Shown here piece by piece: positions 1-9,329 of a stretch of 40,970 bases of DNA. The stretch comes from Jimgerdemannia flammicorona. Lineage: Eukaryota. The DNA lies in assembly GCA_003990765.1 (NCBI GenBank), contig RBNJ01000115.1, positions 1 to 40,970 of the forward strand, given 5' to 3'. Every line of letters begins with the position of its first letter. The first letter of the stretch is position 1. A program made the translations under genes and the position numbers. Below the pieces are notes generated by a model. That model saw nothing but the letters and a program-made list of their open reading frames with translations. It was not told the DNA's origin and did not search any database.

Positions 1-204
1 CATCACTAAGCCTCGCCGTTGCCCTCCCTGAGGTCCCCAACCCACCCACCATCCGGTCAGCAGATCCCCCACCAGCTCCTCCCACCGTAACACCTTTGCA
101 CCTAGCCCCAGCCGCTGCCCCTCCTCAAATACAAAGAGCCAATGGCCCGCCAACCCCACCCATACTGCCAACACCCACCCTACAGTGAGCCAACTATCCC
201 CCAC
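1..204 (-). mobile_element. 5'-truncated fragment of LINE family B (3' end of ORF2), inserted in the chromoviral pol
   Basis: Reverse complement aligns without gaps to 40690-40893, the C-terminal end of the LINE ORF2 at the other end of the window. Immediately after it the gypsy RNase H frame starts (PYEVTTNASD). Confidence 0.9.
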
Positions 205-2071
205 ACCATATGAAGTTACTACTAATGCCTCTGACCTAGCTCTTGGAGCAGTGCTCATACAAGAAGGACACCCTGTGACCTATCACTCTCACAAGTTCAA
301 TAATGCTGAAATTAACTATGTAACCCATGAGAAGGAAATGCTAGCCATCATAGACACTTTGATCAAATGGCGACCATATCTAGAAGGAGTACACTTTACT
401 GTATTGACTGACCACAAGTTATTAGTCAATATCAAGACACAGGCTACCCTTTTTCAAAAGCAAGCCAGATAGATGAAAGTTCTCACCAACTTTGACTACA
501 AAATCCAGTACTGCTCTAACAAGGAAAATATTGTTGCCGATGCAATCTTCAGACCACTAATCAAAGAAGTTATCCAAACTCTCACCTTGGTTACAAACTC
601 CATCACGGAATAAATTATCACAGTATGTGCTGATGATAAGGAAGCTCAAGTACTTTGAGAAATCCTGAACAGTAATGATGCTAACAAGCATACACAGTAT
701 CACCAATACCAACTAAAGGGCAACACTATCTACTACAAGGACAGACTGTATGTTCTAAATAACCAAGACCTCCAAAGGACTATCCTATTTGAATATCATG
801 ATACACCTATAGCTGGATATTTAGGATTTGACAAATGCTATGAAGTTATCTCCCAAAACTTCTATTGGCCCCATATGATAGATTAGCTCAAAACCTACAT
901 TACTTTCTGTGATGTCTGCTAATGAAATAAGTCCTCAACACTAGCAAAACCTGGCTTACTTCACCCTATCCCAGTACTATCTGCGAATTGGGAACAAATC
1001 TCTATAGACTTCATTATACAACTACCCTGAACTAAGAATGGGAAAGATGTAATTGTTGTCTTTATGGATTACCTCAGCAAATAAGCCCACTTTGTGCCTA
1101 CTACCACTACTGCAACAGCACCAGACATAGCCATACTCTTATTTGACAATATCTTCCACTATCATGGTCTTCCTAAGATCATTGTTAGTGACCGAGACCT
1201 GAAATTCACCAGCTATTTTTGGAAAGCCCTCCATGCATATCTTGGAACAAAACTTGCACTATCTACAGCCTTTCACCCAGAAACTGATGGCCAAACCGAA
1301 AGAATGAACCGAACTCTAGAACAAATGCTAAGGAACTATGTTTCCTATAGACAAGATGATTGACATGAACACCTGACCACAGTTGAGTTTACTTATAACA
1401 ACAGCAAGCAAGCCTCTCTGGGAATGACCCCATTCTTCGCCAATACTAAACAAAACCCAAACACCCCTTTGACACTTATCCAAACCACTGAAGAACCCTC
1501 TACAGTCAAAGCTGTTGAAGAATTCTTACTCTGAATGCATAATCTAAGCCAGATTGCTATTGAGAACTTATTATGAGCTCAAGAATAACAGTTACAGTAT
1601 GTTAACCAATACTGCCAAGAAGAAATCTTTGATATTGGAGAAAAAGTTCTACTAGACATCAGAGGATACCAAGTTGATAACCTCAAGCACAGACCATCTA
1701 CAAAGCTGAACAGCAAGTTCATTGGACCATTTGAAGTCATTGTATAAATCTCTCTAACCTCCTACAAATTGGCACTACCAGACACTATTAAGATTCACCC
1801 AGTCTTCAATGTCCAATATCTCAAGTGATACAATGAGAATGATGATAAACTATTCTCTAACTGAACCATGAAACCACCTGTACCTGTCATTATTAATGAC
1901 CAAGAAGAGTATGAAGTTGAACAAATCCTCAACAAACGTGGCCACAAGAACCACCCTGAGTACCTTGTTAAATGGAAAGATTATCTAATCTATGATACAA
2001 CCTGGGAGCCCAAGACCAACTTCCAGAATACTACCAACTTAGTTCAGGAATATGATTTCTTGAACAACTAA
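205..2071 (+). pseudogene. pol: Degenerate Ty3/gypsy chromovirus pol (RNase H, integrase, GPF, chromodomain)
   Basis: RNase H motifs (VTTNASDLALGAVL, EKEMLAI, TDH); integrase core (IVSDRD, FHPETDGQTERMNRTLE); KFIGPF and IHPVFNV; chromodomain EEYEVEQIL..EYLVKWKDY..TWEP. Many in-frame stops. Confidence 0.92.
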
Positions 2072-2479
2072 AACCAAATACTCTGTACCTATCCATATAT
2101 ACTATATATTATCCTCCCAACACTATAATTATCAAAAATCAAGAACTCAGCAAAATAAGACAAGAATACTGACCCTCTGGAAAAAATAGCAAAACTGAAA
2201 GCCAGCCTATTCTCCCCATACCACTGGTGGGAAACAAGATATAGACATTTAAGAAGATTCCTTAGAGGAAATTCTCCAGCAGTGAATGATGTCAGAATCA
2301 CTTCTGGCACACGGCATTAAACACATGACCCTTTAACATATAAATCCAATGCGTTAGGCAACTGTACTATGAGCATGCCACTTTCTGAGAAAAATGGACT
2401 TCACTGGACTTTTGACCTCTCAAACAGTGTAACAATACTAAAACAAAATTGGAAGGTCCCAACAAGGATGTCGAAAGCT

Positions 2480-2492
2480 AAGAAGGGGAGAG
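2480..2492 (+). promoter_or_regulatory. Polypurine tract of the chromovirus
   Basis: AAGAAGGGGAGAG lies directly before TGTAAG (2494), downstream of the pol stop. Confidence 0.75.
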
Positions 2493-2493
2493 T

Positions 2494-2713
2494 TGTAAGT
2501 GCACAACCTCCAAGTCACTGAAATTACATGTCACCCTCTGAACAAGCCACTGAAATCACACATGACCTCTGAACAAATCTGGAAATCACCTGCTCAATCA
2601 TGAAGCTGAGTCAAACTGAAGTTACAGCACACAAAGATGAGTCAATACGAAGTCACAGAACACAAGATTCACATAAATAGAATCTTACCAATCAGGACCA
2701 AATGCATATATAC
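2494..2713 (+). repeat. Chromovirus 3' LTR, left part (interrupted by gypsy element A)
   Basis: Starts TG after the PPT and ends at the ATAC target site of the nested element. The partner LTR is not in the window. Confidence 0.65.
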
Positions 2714-4185
2714 TGTAATGTGCCGGCTCAATAGAGGCAAATTACAAGATTGGGGGTTGATGTAGTTTGGCTTGAGCCCCCAGTTACTTTGTTAAAAGCA
2801 ACAAAATGTTCTTGGTATTTAGTAGTATAATAGTCAAGATCTGGATACTGTGCAAGCGATTTCCTTATTGGGACAGTTCTCTGGGTGTAGTGGTGATTTG
2901 TGTGTCTTTTCCTTCTTGAGTCAACTGGGAATGGCACAATTTGTGTGTAGCATGAGTGGTTTCCTTCTTGAGTGACGGGTGATTTCTGTGTAGTGCGACA
3001 ATCTTCAAAAGTATGCGATTTCTGAGTGATGGTCTTGGTGCGATGATCTTTGTATAGCGCGACGATCTCCAAAAGTATGCGATTTCTGGCGGATGACTCG
3101 ATTCGGCTCACTGGGAATTGTATGGTGTGGATTCTTCCATAACAGGCTCACTGGGAATAATGGATACCTCGGATGGCTCTAATGCGGATAACCCGAAAGT
3201 GGTGGATGATGCAGATTTGGCGGGCTTCTTGGAAGCAGCAGCTTAACTGGGAATTAACTCAGATGGCGCGGATTCTTCTAAATCGGCGGCTTCAACTGGG
3301 AATACAATGGATAACTCAAAATGGTGGGGTTCTTCTGGGAAACGGGATGGTGCGGATTCTTCCTGAATCGGTGGGCTCTAACTGGGAAACGATGGCGCGG
3401 ATTCTTCCTGAATCAGTGGCTTCAACTGGGAAACGAACAACTGGCGGCATTCTTTGGGAAAGGGTTTCTTGGCAAAGTTATGTCAAAGACTGGCTTTGTT
3501 TGTACAAACGGATCACTGCGAAGTTGTGTCGGAAACTGGCTTGGGCAAGGTGGCTTTCTCTGGGAATGTGGATAACTTGGAAATGGCAGCTTATTCCTTA
3601 AGTGGCAGATTACTCAAAAGGTAGCGAAGTTCTCCTTGAACTTAGGTGGCAAATCTTCAGGCTTATCTAGCAAGTGAACCAATAGTTCCAAAGGCGGTGA
3701 AGTTCTTCCTTGAACTTGGCGGCAAAATCAGCTTTGTATCGGAAAGTGGACCGGAGTGGAAAGGGGACCAATGCTCAATCTTTAGAGGCTTGTTTGGTAT
3801 TTGTATTTCGGACTGAGGTTTTATTCACTCTCGCCTCTGGGGTAATTTATACAAGTTGGTTGCTATCTGGTTACTATATGGCTAACTATAGATTTGCTAT
3901 CTTTGGTAATGTTTGGGTGTGTCCTCTGGGTACAGGTGTGTCCACAGGATATGAGTTGTCCGCAGAATATGAGTATGTCCGCAGAACATGAGTGTGTCTG
4001 CAGGACATGAGTGTGTCCTCAGGATACAGGTAAACAATCCTGATCTGGTGTCTTGGCTAATTATAAGTATGGCGGGCATGAGTAACTATGATACACTGGA
4101 AGTCACATCATGCTGAGTAAGTATGCTAATTGTTCATGTCATCTGGCTAAGTTATAATTCAGGTGGTATGTTTTGGTCTGTTACA
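2714..4185 (-). repeat. 3' LTR of gypsy A (1472 bp)
   Basis: Direct repeat of 11780-13188. TATAAAT at 3845-3851 and AATAAA at 3820-3825 on the minus strand. Internal ~45-bp repeats (about 3200-3440) and 18-bp repeats (about 3935-4025). A G-rich PPT-like tract is adjacent at 4186-4197. Confidence 0.95.
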
Positions 4186-4224
4186 TCAGCCCCCACTGAA
4201 GGGTAGTCTGTCTCAGATTATTCT

Positions 4225-4737
4225 TCAGTCATCATTCCAATAGGCATAGGCTGCTTCTGCATCTATACCTGTTCCATCATCATCCTCTGAGCTGCAGTCA
4301 CTCCATTCCAGGGGCTCTTCTTCTTCCTCAGGAAATAGGATCTCCACTTGGTGAATAATGCTGAGGTAGGTGGGCTGTGTCATCCTTTGGAGGTCATTCA
4401 GGGAAAACTGGGCCTGGATTAAGGCAGAAGGATTTCGTTTGTATATTGTGTATAGTCTGTCTGCAGTGGTAGTATTCCTTCTGTTCAGGCCAGTGGTGTT
4501 TCGGACATAGGCTAGGTCTGGGAGAGGAAGATTCTGCAATTGTTCTCCAATTGCATAATATGCCTGTAGCTGGTGGACCTGGAGTAGCCTTTCAGCCAAA
4601 GTGAGGTTCTCTTGATGAACTCGGATTCTCTGAAGATAGGTTCCATTGGGTTCCCAGAACTGAGGCAGGGGAACTGGTAGGGCTTGGAGGGAACTGAGAA
4701 CAAGAGTTTGGAGGCGGTTGTCAATTCTCTGATTCAT
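4225..4737 (-). CDS. Intact 170-aa accessory ORF between pol and the 3' LTR; unknown function, acidic C-tail
   Basis: ATG-started and stop-free, on the element's sense strand at the env position. Collinear similarity to the decayed ORF at 13260-13781. Confidence 0.8.
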   Translation of the reverse strand: MNQRIDNRLQTLVLSSLQALPVPLPQFWEPNGTYLQRIRVHQENLTLAERLLQVHQLQAYYAIGEQLQNLPLPDLAYVRNTTGLNRRNTTTADRLYTIYKRNPSALIQAQFSLNDLQRMTQPTYLSIIHQVEILFPEEEEEPLEWSDCSSEDDDGTGIDAEAAYAYWNDD

Positions 4738-7269
4738 GGTATGAGAGAAAGTATATCTTGAGGTGATTGATGTATACTGGTGTTCTCAGGGTTCATCCAT
4801 CCATGCTTCTTAAATAGATGCTGGTTCCTCTGATGTTGTGTACAAGATAAGATCCTTCCCATTTTGATTCCAGTTTGGCGGCAAAGTTTGTCTCAATCAT
4901 GCTTCTCCAAACTAGGACTTGATCTCCAATCTTGATCTCCTGATCCTTCTGTTTTTGGTTATAGTACTTCTTTTGTCTTTCCTGGGCTTTGATAATCTGT
5001 CCTTGGGCTTGATTTCGTAACTGTTCTGTCTTCTTGAGGAGGTCTCCAAGATTCTCATGGTCAGCAGTTCTGGTTTTCTTGGCAAATATCATTTCGAATG
5101 GCTTTTGTTTGGTGGATGTAGCAGGGGTGTTCCGAATTTCCCATAGGATCTCAGGTAAGCAGAGGTCCCAATTAATAGGGTTGACTCAGGCAAGTCCTTT
5201 CTTGATAGTCTGGTTCATTCTTTCTGTCATACCATTGGTCTGGGGGTGGTATGATGTGGTCCTTTTGAGGTGGATCTTGTGAATTCGGGCATAACTTGTG
5301 ATTATGTTGTTGATGAATTCTGTGCCTCGGTCAGAGATGAGTTCTTCTAGAGGTCCATATCTGAGTGTGAGTCCATGGAGGAGACCTACAATGGTTAAGG
5401 CATCTGCGATTTCCATTGGGAAAGCCTTGGGCCACTTGGTCAGATGTTCTATAAATACAAGGATGTATTTATTTCTTCTTAGTGTAACTAGTAGAGGTCC
5501 AATTACATCTACTCCCCATCTTTGAAAGATGTGAGTGGATGGAGAAATCAGTTGCAGAGGGGCTTGATAGTTCTTCTTTCCTTGGTATTTCTGGCAGGTG
5601 TCACATTTCTGAATGATGTCTCGGACTTGAGTTCTGAGGTGGGGCCAATGTTGATATTCTTTTTGAATCCTCTCTTCTATGCTTGTCTGTCCTTGGTGAG
5701 CTTTCTGATGTTCTTTTCGGATAAGATCTTCTTATGCTTTGATGGTCTGAGGAGCTTCCTTTAGAGTATGGTTCCTTGGGACACCCTTCATCTGATTCAT
5801 TGGGGCTGGCGGGAAAGTACATCAACATTGTTGTAGGCTTTCCCTGCTTTGTGAATGATGGTGATTTTGTAATCCTGAAGGATAAGGATCCAGTGGGCTA
5901 GAATTCTGGCAGGTTCCTTGTGGTTGAATAGCTATTTGAGGGCTGCATGGTCTGTAATCAGGGTGAACCTTTTTCCAATGAGATAATGCTTGAACAGGGT
6001 GACCGCCCATATGACTGCAAGGTACTCCAGTTTGGTGCTACCATAGTTTGTCTGCTGCTGATTGGTAGCTCTGCTTGCATAAGCTATCACATGGTGCTAT
6101 TGGTCAGGTCCTTCTTAGGCTAGAACTGCTCCTAGGCCATCTTTGGAAGCATCTGTATACAAGATGAATGGCTTCTATAGATTGGGGTGCACAAGGATTG
6201 GTGCTGTAGTCATGCGGTTCTTGAGTTCTCTGAAGGCTTTTTCCTGTGATTCTGTCTATTTGAATGTCATTCCTTTCTTGAGAAGGATTCAGATTGGGGC
6301 AGTAATTTGGGCAAAATCCTTGATGAACCTTCTGTAGTAGGATACTAGCATCAAGAATGATAGTGTTTCTTTTGGAGTCTTGGGTACCAGCCAATTGTTG
6401 ATCTTCTCGGTTTTCTTTGGGTCTGCATGAGTTCCTTCTTTTGAAACCACAAATCCCAGGAATTCAAGTTTCTGTTTTCCAAAGTAGCATTTCTTTGCAT
6501 TCAGTCTCAAGTGATTCTTGCAGGTGAGCTTGAAGAATTCCTCTAGGTGGTACAGGTGTTCTTCAAAATTTGCTGAATAGATGTTGGAGTCATCCATGTA
6601 TACAATCAGACAGTGGTGGATCAAGGGGGCATAGACTGAATTCATCATCCTCTGGAAGGTGGGGGGTGCATTGCAAAGTCCAAAAGGCATTCAGAGGTAT
6701 TCAAACAATTTTTCTAGAGCAAGGAAAGCTGTCTTTTGAATGTTCTTGGGGTTCATGGGGATCTCATGGAATCCTGCGAAGAGGTCCATACTGCTGAAGT
6801 ATCTGGCATCTTGTAACTGGTCCAAAAGATCATCGATTCTGGGCAAGGGATAAGCATCCTTTTCAGTGACTGAGTTGAGTTTTCTGTAATCCATGCAGAG
6901 TCTCCATCCTCCTTTCTTCGGTACAATAAGTATAGGGCTGGCCCAGGGGCTGGTAGAGGGTCGAATGACTCCATTGTCTAAGAGTTCTTGGATGTGCTCC
7001 TTTTCAAATATTTTCAAGTGATGGGGTATTCTATAGGGTTTCTGCTGGATGGGTGTTGCATTTCCTGTATTTATGCTGTGGTGATATGATGGGTTGTATG
7101 GTAGGTTGCCATAATCGGTGGTGAAGATATCTTGATATTTGTTGAGAAGTTCTACTAGTTGTTGCTGTTGTTGAGGTGTCAATTCTTCTCCAATGTTGGT
7201 GGAAGGCTTCACTGTCTCCTGGGTCGCAGAGGGGCCTTTCCTTTCTTCTGGGACCTTTTGCTGTTTCCC
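4720..7269 (-). pseudogene. pol: pol of gypsy A: RT, RNase H, integrase (no chromodomain)
   Basis: RT: SPWASPILIVPKK, RLCMDYRKLN, YPLPRIDDLL, MPFGLCNAPPTFQR, YMDD. Integrase: HHCC (EHQKAHQG..CDTC), GVDVIGP, ISDRGTEF, NGMTERMNQTIK, KIGDQVLV..KWEGSYLV. Contains stops and frameshifts. Confidence 0.93.
7222..7269 (-). promoter_or_regulatory. Putative -1 ribosomal frameshift signal
   Basis: G GGA AAC heptamer (7269-7263) in the correct phase, a 7-nt spacer, then stem GGTCCCAGA/TCTGCGACC. The -1 frame runs into RT (VKPSTNIGEEL). Copy B has GGGAAAT at 21050-21056. Confidence 0.7.
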
Positions 7270-7617
7270 GATAGGTTTAGTTCATAAACTTCTCTATGAG
7301 TTTGGTTGAGAAAAGGCACCAAATGTCCTATGATGGTTCCTTTTGGCAGGATGATGGTCTCCCAACTTTGGTTGGTTGCTCGGGAGTGTACTGGATTCAT
7401 CTTGTCAGGGAATGTGTGTCCCTCTATGTCTAGGTGTGGGATATCTTCCTTAGGTTCAAAGAAAAGGTTTCTGGGGTTGGGTGGTGCAAGATTTCGAAAG
7501 TAGTTTGTTCTCCAGGCTCCAGGATGAGATTCTTGTGCAGTCTGACTGGTTGCCGGTATACTTGCTGGGGGACATCCCTCTTGAGGCGGTTGACTTGAAG
7601 GAGATGTACCTCTTTTC

Positions 7618-7990
7618 TGTCTGAACTTCCAAATCCCTTGGCTTGTCTTGTTCCTTCAGTTAGTTCAGAAACTTCCTATAACAGTGGGGTCTTGACCTTC
7701 ATGAAGACTGCTTGGGAAATCTTCTGTCCTCTAATGATTCGGTGCCATTCTGCACTGCTGTTGTGTAGGATAATCTTGATTTCGCCTGTATATCCGGGGT
7801 CAATGGTTTCTCCTTCTACAGTTATTCCTTGTCTGGCAAGTCTGGACCTTGAGGTCAGTTGAATATAAGCTCCTTGAGGTGGCTGCATGGCTAATCTGGT
7901 TCTGACCATGAAGGTTTTTCCAGGCTTGATGGATTCATCCTCCAGGCTGTGAAGATCATATCCTACATCCTCTGGGTGGGCTTTGGTCGG
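7618..7990 (-). pseudogene. dut: dUTPase domain of gypsy A, between protease and RT
   Basis: All five dUTPase motifs are recognisable: DVGYDL, SRSRLA, TIDPGYTGEI, KISQ, RQAKGFGSS. Also present in copy B at about 21407-21775. Confidence 0.9.
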
Positions 7991-9329
7991 GGGTTAGGCC
8001 TTGGGGTGCAGCAGGGCATACTGGGCAATATTCTTGCTGAGTTCGGGCTTTCCGAAGGCTGAGGCTCCACTGGTAGAAAGTCTCCAAGCTCTAAGGTTGA
8101 GGTGTGGCCATCTGGCTCCAGTAGAGGGGTCTCAGAGGTAATTGATTCCCCTTCTTCCTGTAGGATCAAGGGCTTCCATGAAGTTGGTGGTATCTTCTGC
8201 CCATCCTTGGTGGGTTGCATGTCTGATAAGAGCTAGGATGTCTTCTCCCAAATTGTAGATCTTGAGAATTCTTTTTCCAGGCTTCTTGGTCTGGCTTTTT
8301 CGAATCTGGCTCTTTCGGATCTGGCTTCAGTTATCTCCTTTCTTCAGGGTGTGTACTGCAACATCATGACTGAGGTGAATCTTCTGATGTCTACAGTCTC
8401 AGCAATCAGGGTGTCTTCCATGGTTGCAATATCCCATTGCTCGGAAATGATGTTCCCGGCTATTTATCTCTTGTTGTCTTGGGAATCGGTACCCATCTTG
8501 ATCATAGGTTGGGGGAAGGGTAGACAAGGGGTATATTTCTGTTCGGGTGAAGAAGCCTTGTCCCCTAAATCGACTTTGTAACCTTATGGTGACCTCTTGA
8601 AAGGTAGTGGACTGTATAAGAGTAGTTGGGGGTTCTGGCCTCTGGGGTCTCTGTCTTTCTTGTTGGTCCAACAGATGACACTGATAGCAGTAGTCTCGGG
8701 GAGAGTGGAAGGCTATTTGATGTGGACATCTTTCTAGCCGGAAAGCTTTCTCTTGGTGGGTTTCTTTCTTGGGGATAATGGTAATGGTACTGGGTCCTTT
8801 CTCTATATTCCAGGGGTCATTGTCTTCAGGTGGTATCCACCGAGGGTCATCCCAGGGGATGAGTTCAGGGACTTCTTCTTCATCAAGTGCTTCTTGTTCA
8901 GGAACTTCTTAGTCAGAAGTTTCTTCTTCCTCGGATGATTCTTGGCCCCAAATTGCTTGTACTTCTGCAGCTTTGGTCACAGGTGTTTCGGGAACATGTC
9001 TGCATTTCTTCTTCTTCCTTCTATATTCTGGGTAGGCTGCACCAGACGATTTCCTTTTTCCCATGATCTTGGAGGAGTGCTCAGGACACTTGTATCTCTT
9101 GAGGCATATAGGGCATCCTTTGGCTTCCCCTGCAATGGCTCCAATAGTGATAGGGACAGTGTTCTTGGCCCACACATTGTCTTCTGGTCTGTCATCTACC
9201 AGATTGATTTGGGGATTGAGTCTGGGATCATTTCCATCTTCGGATTCTTCTTCCTCTTCTGTAGTAGACTCCTCACTGCTGGCATATTCTTTTTGAATAG
9301 TGATCTTCTTCTTCTTCTTTGATTGCTCG

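Noticed and set aside
1-204. Terminal inverted repeat with 40690-40893 defining one giant element
   Set aside because: Both are LINE ORF2 3' sequence, and the right copy continues 1.5 kb inward as RT. Independent insertions explain it.
2728-3991. Track ORFs within the gypsy LTRs (127, 142 and 93 aa)
   Set aside because: Their recurrence reflects LTR duplication. They have no motifs, and adjacent frames are broken by stops.
4225-4737. env gene
   Set aside because: Too short, with no signal peptide, transmembrane segment or fusion-protein features.
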